From contig JBPPMZ010000088.1 in NCBI GenBank assembly GCA_051306295.1, positions 7,728 to 71,727 on the forward strand: a stretch of DNA of 64,000 nt, given 5' to 3'. Position 1 is the first letter of the stretch, and every line of letters starts with the position of its first letter. This DNA is from Candidatus Limnocylindrales bacterium (lineage in GTDB: Bacteria > Chloroflexota > Limnocylindria > Limnocylindrales > CSP1-4). Under the pieces are notes generated by a model, which worked only from the letters and a program-made list of their open reading frames with translations, had not been told where the DNA came from and did no database searches. A program made the translations under genes and the position numbers. This document shows positions 26,827-34,305 of this stretch, piece after piece.

Positions 26827-27069
26827 TCAGCCCGCGCGCCGACGCGCGGCTCGGCGATCGGCCTCGCGTCGCTCGCCGTCGTCCGTCGGGGGTCCCGGGT
26901 CATCGGGCGGGTTCTGACGACGGAGCATCTGGCGGCGCTCCTCCTCGCGGCGCTCGCGATCCAAGAACGCCCCGCAGCGCGGGCAGCGTCGTTCCTCGGA
27001 AAACAGCGACTCAAGCGGCGACACGGTGTAGATCTGCCGTCCGCACGACCAGCAGGCGAGTCTCGGCAT
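26827..27069 (-). CDS. Small zinc-ribbon protein (80 aa) with an Arg/Glu-rich tail
   Basis: CWSCGRQ...17 residues...CPRCGAF forms two CxxC pairs. The remainder is charged low-complexity sequence. Coding status is supported only by the motif. Confidence 0.4.
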   Translation of the reverse strand: MPRLACWSCGRQIYTVSPLESLFSEERRCPRCGAFLDRERREEERRQMLRRQNPPDDPGPPTDDGERREADRRAARRRAG

Positions 27070-27301
27070 GGTCCCCCACGGTCCTCAGGACTGGACAGGC
27101 GTCGAACGCCGTACGGCGAGCGATACAAGGAAATTACGACAGATGCATGATGCGCGACCCCCGCCGTTCGCGCCAACATCGCTGCAGCGACCACCTTCCG
27201 GTCGTGCGGTCTCGATGGTCCCCGGCCGAGACCGCTTCGGGGGCGGGTCTTCCCTTCCCCCCCCAGGGGACGACCCGCCACCTTTCCTGCCCTGATCGGT
27301 C

Positions 27302-28672
27302 TCAGACCGTGGGCAGGCCCGCCAGGGCGGCGTTCACCTTCTCGAGCGGGTACTCGTAGTCCTCAAGGTCGCCCGAGAGGTAGCGCTCGTACGAGGCCAG
27401 GTCGAAGTGGCCGTGGCCGCACAGGTTGAACAGGATGACCCGGGCCTCACCGGCCTCCCGAGCCGCCAGCGCCTCGTCGATGGCGGCGCGGATGGCGTGG
27501 GTCGGTTCCGGGGCCGGCAGGATGCCCTCCGCCCTGGCAAAGCGGACGCCGGCTTCGAAGCTGCTCCGCTGGTGGACGCTCCGCGCCTCGATGTCACCGT
27601 GCTCCTTGAGGAGGCTGACCAAGGGCGACATCCCGTGATAGCGCAGGCCGCCGGCGTGGATCGGATCCGGGATGAAGTCGGAGCCCAGCGTGTGCATCTT
27701 GACGATGGGCGCCATCTTGCCGGTATCGCCGAAGTCGTAGGCATAGACGCCGCGGGTGAGGCTGGGCGCCGCTTCGGGCTCGACCGCGATGATCCGGTGC
27801 TTGGCGCCCTCCCGGAAGTTCCGGCCCAGGAACGGGAACGCCAGGCCGGCAAAGTTAGAGCCGCCCCCGGCACAGCCGATGACGATGTCCGGCGATTCGC
27901 CGGCCATGCCCATCTGCTCGATCGCCTCCTGGCCGATGACCGTCTGGTGCAGGAGCACGTGGTTGAGCACGGAGCCCAGGGCGTACTTGGTGTCGTCGCG
28001 GGTCGCGGCGTCCTCGACGGCCTCACTGATGGCCATGCCCAGCGACCCGGGGCTGTCAGGGTGCTCGGCGAGCACGGAGCGGCCGTAGTTCGTGGTCAGT
28101 GATGGGCTGGCGACCACCTCCGCGCCGTACGTCTCCATGAGGATCCGGCGATACGGCTTCTGGTCGTAGCTGGCGCGGACCATATAGACCTTGACCTCGA
28201 GGCCGAAGAGGGCCCCGGCGAAGGCCATCGCACTCCCCCACTGCCCCGCACCGGTCTCGGTGGCGATCCGCTTCACGCCTTCCTGCTGGTTGTAGAACGC
28301 CTGTGGGATGGCGGTGTTGGGCTTGTGACTGCCGGCCGGACTCACGCCCTCGTACTTGTAGTAGATGTGGGCCGGCGTATCGAGCGCCTTCTCCAGGCGG
28401 TGCGCCCGATACAGCGGGCTCGGTCGATACAGGCGATAGGCGTCACGAACGGGCTCCGGGATCTCGATCTCGCGCTCGGCCGAGACCTCCTGGCCGATAA
28501 GCGCCATCGGGAAGAGCGGGGCCAGGTCGTCCGGCCCGAGCGGCTGGTGGGTGCCCGGGTGGAGGTGCGGCGACTGCGGCACGGGCAGGTCCGCCGCGAT
28601 GTTGTACCAGGTGCGCGGGATCCGCGACTCATCGAGGACGAACTTCGTCTGACGGGGATCCGATGGCGCCAT
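27302..28672 (-). CDS. trpB: TrpB2-type tryptophan synthase beta-like PLP enzyme
   Basis: The start at ATG 28672 is preceded by [19 protein letters not shown]...[26 protein letters not shown]...[14 protein letters not shown] is the long-form TrpB2 signature. No trpA is adjacent. Confidence 0.85.
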   Translation of the reverse strand: MAPSDPRQTKFVLDESRIPRTWYNIAADLPVPQSPHLHPGTHQPLGPDDLAPLFPMALIGQEVSAEREIEIPEPVRDAYRLYRPSPLYRAHRLEKALDTPAHIYYKYEGVSPAGSHKPNTAIPQAFYNQQEGVKRIATETGAGQWGSAMAFAGALFGLEVKVYMVRASYDQKPYRRILMETYGAEVVASPSLTTNYGRSVLAEHPDSPGSLGMAISEAVEDAATRDDTKYALGSVLNHVLLHQTVIGQEAIEQMGMAGESPDIVIGCAGGGSNFAGLAFPFLGRNFREGAKHRIIAVEPEAAPSLTRGVYAYDFGDTGKMAPIVKMHTLGSDFIPDPIHAGGLRYHGMSPLVSLLKEHGDIEARSVHQRSSFEAGVRFARAEGILPAPEPTHAIRAAIDEALAAREAGEARVILFNLCGHGHFDLASYERYLSGDLEDYEYPLEKVNAALAGLPTV

Positions 28673-28728
28673 CGATGCCTCCTGGCGGTGCTCCCGCTGG
28701 GACACGTGCCCTGGGCCGGGACGGGAGC

Positions 28729-29628
28729 CTAGCGCCCGCGGGCCGGCTTTCGCAACCGGCTCGGACGGATGACCCAGGCTCCGGTCGAAGCGGCAAGTGG
28801 CAACAGCAGGAACGCGCCGCCGTCCTGGCCGTTCCCGTTGCCCTTGCCCTTGCCGCCTGAACACGGTCGGTCGCCGCTGTCATCGCCCTTGTCGTGGCCT
28901 GGTGGAGGCGCGCCGTCGGACGGGCACGGGGGCTTGGCCTTGTCGGGCTTCTCGGTCTTCGATGGACCCGGCGTGGCGGTCGGTCTTGGTGTCGGTTCGG
29001 CGGTCGGCTTCGGGGTCGGTCTCGGTGTCGGGGTCGGCTCCGCCGTCGGCTCCGCCGTCGGCTTCGGCGTCGGGGCTACCGTTGCCGTCGGGGCCGGCGT
29101 CGCCGTCGGCTGGGTGGTCGGTTTCGGCGTCTTCGTCGGTCGAGGGGTCGGAGCCGGGGTCAGGACCGGATCAGGGGTCGCCGACGGGCGAGCAGTGGCT
29201 GTCGGTCGAGAGGTCGGGGCCGGCGTCGCGGGGTCGGTCGGTGCGGGGCTGCTCGTGGGGCCGTCGGTCGGGCTGACCGTCGAGCCGGGGCTCGGGCTGT
29301 CCGTCGGGCCCGCGGGCGTCGGTGACGGCACCGCCGCGATGGTCGACGGCGAAGCTGACGGGATCAGCGCGGACGGGCTGGGGACGACCGGCGAACCGGA
29401 TGGGACCGGCGGCTGGACGGAGCGGCCCGGCGTCGGCAGCGGTTCGTTCGTGGTGGGCGATGGGGTCGGCACGACCGCGATGATCGGGCTTGGGCTGGGG
29501 CCCGGCGACCGCGAGGCGTTCGCGCGCCGCTGGAGCTCGCCACCCCCGACCCCGAGCGCCACCGAGATGAGAACCAGATTCACCATGCCGAGGGCCAGGA
29601 CCAAGCGGGCGCGCTGGGCTACCGACAC
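28729..29628 (-). CDS. Pro/Thr/Ser-rich membrane-anchored protein of low complexity
   Basis: GTG start at 29628, with AGGAG 13 nt upstream. N-terminal TM segment [19 protein letters not shown]. About 230 aa of PTP/PSP/TPKPT repeats. The C-terminal hydrophobic stretch [16 protein letters not shown] is followed by the basic tail [12 protein letters not shown]. Confidence 0.5.
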   Translation of the reverse strand: MSVAQRARLVLALGMVNLVLISVALGVGGGELQRRANASRSPGPSPSPIIAVVPTPSPTTNEPLPTPGRSVQPPVPSGSPVVPSPSALIPSASPSTIAAVPSPTPAGPTDSPSPGSTVSPTDGPTSSPAPTDPATPAPTSRPTATARPSATPDPVLTPAPTPRPTKTPKPTTQPTATPAPTATVAPTPKPTAEPTAEPTPTPRPTPKPTAEPTPRPTATPGPSKTEKPDKAKPPCPSDGAPPPGHDKGDDSGDRPCSGGKGKGNGNGQDGGAFLLLPLAASTGAWVIRPSRLRKPARGR

Positions 29629-29702
29629 GACGATCCAGGCACTCCTGTAAGGGCTGTCCGGGTGGGTCCAGGGACGACCCGATGGTACACGGGGATGGCC
29701 GT

Positions 29703-30332
29703 TCAGTGCATCGCGAGGAGCGCCGCCTCCGCGACAGGCACGTATCGGGCCGGGCCACCGCCGGTCACGCTCTCGAACAGGGCCAGCCGCTCGATGACGA
29801 ACGGGATCGATCGATCGCCGATGGCGTCGGCCAGGCGCTCGGCGACCACTGCTCCGGCCGGCAGGCCATCCGATCTGGCAAGGGTGAGATGGGCTCGGAA
29901 TGGGCGGGCCTCCGGGGTCCAGCCAGCCGCGGCCAGCGTCTCGTTCAGCTCGCGCGCGACCGCGGTGAGGGCCTCCGCGCCGTCGATCAGCCCGACCCAC
30001 AACGTGCGCGGGCGGCCGGTCGCCGGGAAGAACCCGGTGCCCGCCAGGCGAGCCGGGATCGCCGACGTGCCCTGCGCGACAGCGTCCATCGCGGCGGTGG
30101 TCGGAACCACCCGGTCCTCCGTGGTCGGCCCCAGGAAACGCAGGGTCAGGTGCAGGCCGTCCAGGCGCACCCAGCGGACATCATGCATCCCGTCCGGCAG
30201 CGGCTGGGCCCGGATCGCCTCCACGATCGCGCTGACGGCAGCGACCGCCTCGGCGGGCAAGGGAGCCGCGATGAACAGGCGCCGACCGGGTATCCCCGCG
30301 AAGGGATCGACCCAGCGGCCGCGCCCGGTCAT
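29703..30332 (-). CDS. thpR: RNA 2',3'-cyclic phosphodiesterase / 2'-5' RNA ligase (2H phosphoesterase)
   Basis: Two HxTx motifs (HLTLRF and HLTLAR) at the expected spacing. The ATG at 30332 overlaps the ppa stop (ATGA at 30329-30332). Confidence 0.8.
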   Translation of the reverse strand: MTGRGRWVDPFAGIPGRRLFIAAPLPAEAVAAVSAIVEAIRAQPLPDGMHDVRWVRLDGLHLTLRFLGPTTEDRVVPTTAAMDAVAQGTSAIPARLAGTGFFPATGRPRTLWVGLIDGAEALTAVARELNETLAAAGWTPEARPFRAHLTLARSDGLPAGAVVAERLADAIGDRSIPFVIERLALFESVTGGGPARYVPVAEAALLAMH

Positions 30333-30853
30333 CGCGAGGCGGCCGTGTGCCCCTCCGCGATCCACAGCTCCCGGTCGGCGCGCAGGACCTCCAGCGCACG
30401 GTCGCGATCGCGCCAGCCGACGACATCGACGGTCTTGTCCTCGAGCGCTTTGTAGGTCTGGAAGAAGTGCTCGATCTCGACCAGCCGATGCGGGCGGACC
30501 TGCTCGAGTCGCTCGATGTGCTGCTGGTGGGCGTCGCCCAGAGCGACGCACAGGGTCTTGAAGTCGAAGCCCTTCTCGTCGCGCATCTCCAGGCCGCCGA
30601 TCGGGCGCGCCCAGACGTGACAGCCGGTGAAGGTCGGCTCATCGATGATCAGCAGCGCGTCGGTGTGATCGCCGTCGCCCGCGCGCGTCCCCTCGATGAA
30701 TCCGTAGTCGAAGTTGTAGAAGACCGCGCTGCTCAGCACCCGGTCCAGGCGGTAGACCCGAGCCTCCTCGTCATACTCGTACTTGTTGCGCGATCCACGC
30801 GGGATCTCGACCACGATCTCGACCACATCGGGAAACGGTCCGGGGCTCTGCAT
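30329..30853 (-). CDS. ppa: Inorganic pyrophosphatase, family I
   Basis: VVEIPRGSRNKYEYD...YNFDYGFIEGT.AGDGDHTDALLI is the canonical soluble PPase motif set. Confidence 0.9.
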   Translation of the reverse strand: MQSPGPFPDVVEIVVEIPRGSRNKYEYDEEARVYRLDRVLSSAVFYNFDYGFIEGTRAGDGDHTDALLIIDEPTFTGCHVWARPIGGLEMRDEKGFDFKTLCVALGDAHQQHIERLEQVRPHRLVEIEHFFQTYKALEDKTVDVVGWRDRDRALEVLRADRELWIAEGHTAASR

Positions 30854-30901
30854 CGCTGCATGCTACCGCCTCTACGGAGCCTTCACGGCCCGGCGGTCCT
30901 C

Positions 30902-31921
30902 ATGCGTCGTTCAGGGCGGTCCAGGTGCGCCATCGGACCGTTGGCAGCATCGATCGTGCTGCTCGCGGCGGCGATGGTCGCGTCGTGCCAGCCTGGAAGC
31001 CAGTCGGTGGATTCGCCGACACAGGCCGTGGGCACTCGCGCTATCCCGACTGCGCCCCCGTCGGACCAGATGGCCGCGTGGGCCGAGTTCCGCCGGACGG
31101 TCGGCCTCCGCGACGACGAGGCCTGGATGCGGTACGTGGCATCGCATCCCGATGCACAGACCGAGTTCCCGGCGCCCCTCATGCCGTTCGAGGTTGCCGA
31201 TCTGGGACGCGACGCGGCCTCGACGAGGCAGGCCATTGGGATCATCCGCTCGTACGGCGTCGCCTTCCCTGCAGAGTGGGCGGGCGCCTTCGTCCAAGAC
31301 GGCCGGGCCGTCGCGGCATTCGCAGGCAACGTCGCCGCGCACCGCGTCGCGCTCGAGGCGATGCTCGGTGGCTCCGCGATACTCGACGTACGAGAGGCCC
31401 GGTACTCAATGGCCGAGCTCGCCGACTTCGCGAGTGACGTCGCCGCCGATGCCCACCGGTTCGAGGCGTTGGGGGCCCGGTTCTACGATGCCAGCATCGA
31501 CGAGAGCGACAACGTCGTTGGCGTTCGATACCTCGCGCCCGGGCCCGAGCAGGCGGCGGCCGTCGTGGCGGAGTCCATCCTGGAATGGTACGGCCACCCG
31601 GCCTGGCTTCTGCCCAGGTGGGCGGGCCCGTTGCCCTGGGAGGGTCCATCCGGCGGCGTGGTGATCCATGTCGTCGATCCCGCGGGCGCACCCGTCACCG
31701 GCGTGTACTGCACCGTGGCGCCGCTCGATCCCCGGGTGCCGAACGGCGAGGCCCCGTGGACGACGGACGTTGCCGGACGATCCAGGATCGGTCGCCTGGC
31801 GACGGTGGACTACGAGATCGAGATCCGCCGTGAGCCGGGTGACTCGACGTTCGCCGGTCGGGCGGTGGTTTCGATCGCCGCCGATGCGACCGTCTCGGTC
31901 ACCATCACGCTCGATCGGTAA
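30902..31921 (+). CDS. Putative lipoprotein of unknown function
   Basis: The ORF was trimmed to ATG 30902: MRRSGRSRCAIGPLAASIVLLAAAMVASC, with a VASC lipobox. The C-terminal ~90 aa look like a carboxypeptidase-regulatory/Ig-like beta domain (VVIHVVDPAGAPVTGVYCTV). Confidence 0.6.
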   Translation: MRRSGRSRCAIGPLAASIVLLAAAMVASCQPGSQSVDSPTQAVGTRAIPTAPPSDQMAAWAEFRRTVGLRDDEAWMRYVASHPDAQTEFPAPLMPFEVADLGRDAASTRQAIGIIRSYGVAFPAEWAGAFVQDGRAVAAFAGNVAAHRVALEAMLGGSAILDVREARYSMAELADFASDVAADAHRFEALGARFYDASIDESDNVVGVRYLAPGPEQAAAVVAESILEWYGHPAWLLPRWAGPLPWEGPSGGVVIHVVDPAGAPVTGVYCTVAPLDPRVPNGEAPWTTDVAGRSRIGRLATVDYEIEIRREPGDSTFAGRAVVSIAADATVSVTITLDR

Positions 31922-32182
31922 CTGTCCGCGCCGGATGCGCGGCGTTCCGCTGAGTACCGGATCTGCGATGAACCCTTCGTGGAGGTGCGACAAAGCAACG
32001 CAGCAGCGTCGATCCTGCGCGGAACCACGCTGGTTCGTGGCAATCCCGGTACTGGCAGTAACGCAGGGCCGTCGCCCTCGCCCGTCCCCGGCTAGTTGTG
32101 GTGACCGAGGACGTTGTTGACAAACGAGAGCCCCGCGGCACGGTGCGAGGTGTTGAGTACCCATACCGGTCGGAGGCTCTCG

Positions 32183-32445
32183 TGGCACATCCTAGTGCGC
32201 GTCTCACCGTCTTCAGTCGGCAACTCTTGGTGAAGCGCGTGGTGATCGACGGCTGGCCGACCGCGACGGTCGCCGAGCAGCTTGGGATCAGCCGGGCGAC
32301 GGCGTACAAGTGGGTCCGCCGCAATCGAACCGACGGCCTGGCTGGGCTCGAGGACCGCAGCTCGCGACCGCACCGCTCTCCGCGTCGATCGTCCGACGAG
32401 GTCACGGCGGCGATCATCGGCGTACGAGCTCGTCGCGCGCAAGAT
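32183..32445 (+). mobile_element. Remnant of an IS481-family transposase gene (N-terminal HTH region only, ~85 codons)
   Basis: A GTG at 32183 follows GGAGG. The product reads (V)AHPSARLTVFSRQLLVKRVVIDGWPTATVAEQLGISRATAYKWVRRNRTDGLAGLEDRSSRPHRSPRRS. This is the stereotyped IS481 N-terminus. The DDE catalytic domain is absent. The right boundary is approximate. Confidence 0.65.
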
Positions 32446-32634
32446 CAGTTCGCGGCGATCGGTCAGAGCTACGCAGGCGGCGACAGTGGTTCGCCTGTGT
32501 GGTATGGAGGCAAGGCCCAAGGGATCGTCAGCGCGGCGAACTGTAACGCAGCCGGGACTTGGGATTGCTACTCACCTATCCAGTCAGTTGAAGTGTGGAA
32601 GAATCACCTCCGAGTATTGACGACGGCCCCATAG
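32446..32634 (+). pseudogene. 3' fragment of a chymotrypsin-fold (S1, streptogrisin/alpha-lytic type) serine protease gene, fused in frame to the IS481 remnant
   Basis: ...SYAGGDSGSPVWYGGKAQGIVSAANCNAAGTWDCYSPIQSVEVWKNHLRVL carries the catalytic-serine GDSG.P motif and the C-terminal disulfide/beta-barrel pattern. The His and Asp parts of the triad are missing. Local G+C is visibly lower than the rest of the window. Confidence 0.55.
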
Positions 32635-32893
32635 AACTCTCGACCAAGTAGACGTCGAACCATACATTTAGGCCGCATTGCTCGGATGGAGCATCTTCAA
32701 TGGGGCCCAGGATGATGCCGTTGAGGCTGTCGCCCGAACGTGCCACTTCGATGCCGCTCGGGTCGCGGATGGCCAGCGGGTCTCCCACGCCCGTGTATCC
32801 GGGCGGCCATCTCACCTGACCTTGAGTCCCGTCGAGCTCAAGCCACAGACACCGCGAATCACCCCCTAGGACCCCGCTCCGAAATACGACTGC

Positions 32894-32917
32894 AGGGACT
32901 CCGGGGCAGGAGTCCCT
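32894..32917 (-). terminator. Perfect 9-bp stem / 6-nt loop hairpin, a possible intrinsic terminator for the DnaB-like gene and small ORF
   Basis: AGGGACTCC GGGGCA GGAGTCCCT on the + strand. On the - strand it overlaps the TAG stop of the 48-aa ORF and is followed by TGCAGTCGTATTTCGG. Confidence 0.35.
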
Positions 32918-33062
32918 AAGGACACCAAGACAATAGAGGTGTAGGTCTCGCTAGAGCTTCGCAGCCGATGACCAGGAACGAGCAGACAAGGCACGCTACC
33001 AACATCACGACCAATCGTCGAAACTGGCGCGTGGGACGCCGCTGGGGGTCGGGATCGGGCAT
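32916..33062 (-). CDS. Possible 48-aa lipobox-containing peptide (below the ORF-track size cutoff)
   Basis: My translation: MPDPDPQRRPTRQFRRLVVMLVACLVCSFLVIGCEALARPTPLLSWCP. It has a basic n-region, a hydrophobic core and a VIGC lipobox. There is no convincing RBS, so it may not be translated. Confidence 0.2.
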   Translation of the reverse strand: MPDPDPQRRPTRQFRRLVVMLVACLVCSFLVIGCEALARPTPLLSWCP

Positions 33063-33093
33063 CTGTCGTGCCAAGGCGAGCTGACTGGCAAGC

Positions 33094-34173
33094 TTAGTCG
33101 TTGTAGAGGCGTTCCTCGATGAGCTTTTCCTGCACCGTCCGCCCGTTGGGGTCGAAGCAGGAGAACTCGAAGTGCTTCTCGAACTCCAGGTCCACGTTGT
33201 CCTGACCGCCGCGGTTCTTCTCGACCGAGATGACCACCCAGTCGCGGAAGCGCTGCGCCTGGTACGGGTTGAACTCGATATTGACCTTGGCGACGATGTG
33301 GTACTTCTCGTTGAGGATGAGGATGATGTCGGCCTCGTAGTTGATGGCCGAGCTGCCGCGCAGGTGGAAGTTGCGCAGGCGCGAGGCCTTGAGGCCTTCC
33401 TTGTCGGCGGCCACGATGGAGACCATCGGCACGTTCTCGGACAGGGCGATGTCCTTGAGGCCGTTGACGATGTAGGTCACCTTCTCCGACTCGTTCTCAG
33501 GCTCCGGGACCTGGGGCACCTTCTGCATGTAGTCGACGAACACGACGAGACGCCGATCCCCCGACAGCTCGCGGTGCTGCTGGACGAGCTTGCGGATGTT
33601 GTCGATGGTGCTGGCCGTCTGCGAACCGCGCAGCAGGAACAGGTTCTGGCCGTAGCGCGCGATGCGGTCGAGCGACGGACGCAGGCGCGGGTTGTTGGCC
33701 AGCTGCGGGGCGGTCGTGCCCTCCGCCATCCAGGTGCCCAGGATCTCCTTGCGGACGTCCTGGATCTTGATCGCACCGGTCTTGTGGGGCAGGTGGGCGA
33801 GCGCCGACTCCATGGCGATGAGGCGGTTCATCAGGTACGCCTCGTCGTGCTCGAAGCACAGGTACAGGACGTTGGCCTGGCCGCCCGACGCGATATTGCG
33901 GGCCATCTGGAGGGCCATCGTCGTCTTGCCGGTGCCCTGGGCGCCGCCGATGAGCAGGAGCTCGCCGGCGCGAAGGCCCGTGCCGATCGTCTTGTCGAGG
34001 GGCGTGAAGCCGAGCGGGACCGGCTGGTACTCGGACAGTTGTCCGGTCGTGACGCGCTCGTTGAGGTCGACGAGGACGTCGAGCGCCGAGCGCGGTGTCA
34101 TGCTGCCGTTGGCGGTGTCGAGGCGCCAGGTGCCCGCGGACTGCGCGGTGGACGGGTCGGTGTCGGTGGTCAC
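33094..34173 (-). CDS. DnaB C-terminal-domain-only RecA-fold ATPase. It lacks the DnaB N-terminal primase-interaction domain.
   Basis: GTG start at 34173, 8 nt after GGAGGAA. PLGFTPLDKTIGTGLRAGELLLIGGAQGTGKTTMALQMARNIA is DnaB motif H1/Walker A. VVFVDYMQKV is Walker B (compare DYLQLM). HLRGSSAINYEADIILILN matches DLRESGSIEQDAD. Only ~60 non-DnaB residues precede the ATPase domain. Confidence 0.75.
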   Translation of the reverse strand: MTTDTDPSTAQSAGTWRLDTANGSMTPRSALDVLVDLNERVTTGQLSEYQPVPLGFTPLDKTIGTGLRAGELLLIGGAQGTGKTTMALQMARNIASGGQANVLYLCFEHDEAYLMNRLIAMESALAHLPHKTGAIKIQDVRKEILGTWMAEGTTAPQLANNPRLRPSLDRIARYGQNLFLLRGSQTASTIDNIRKLVQQHRELSGDRRLVVFVDYMQKVPQVPEPENESEKVTYIVNGLKDIALSENVPMVSIVAADKEGLKASRLRNFHLRGSSAINYEADIILILNEKYHIVAKVNIEFNPYQAQRFRDWVVISVEKNRGGQDNVDLEFEKHFEFSCFDPNGRTVQEKLIEERLYND

Positions 34174-34305
34174 GCCGTGAGTTCCTCCCCGGGGAGATGC
34201 GCTCGTCGCCGCGGTGCGGCGCCGCCGGTAGCGTAGCACCAGCACGGCCCCGAATCACCCACCCGGACCGCGCAGGTCCACACCAGCCCCGGCCGATCGC
34301 CTCTG

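Noticed and set aside
28729-28800. C-terminal tail of the Pro/Thr-rich protein considered as a GlyGly-CTERM or LPXTG sorting signal
   Set aside because: The architecture is similar, but there is no LPXTG/LAXTG match (LAASTG has an extra residue). GlyGly-CTERM/rhombosortase is, to my knowledge, a proteobacterial system. It is kept only as a weak hypothesis in the findings.
32576-32815. A 79-aa minus-strand ORF in the low-GC patch
   Set aside because: It has no recognisable motif, no RBS and a non-coding-looking composition. It could be a fragment of a decayed gene, but I cannot support a call.
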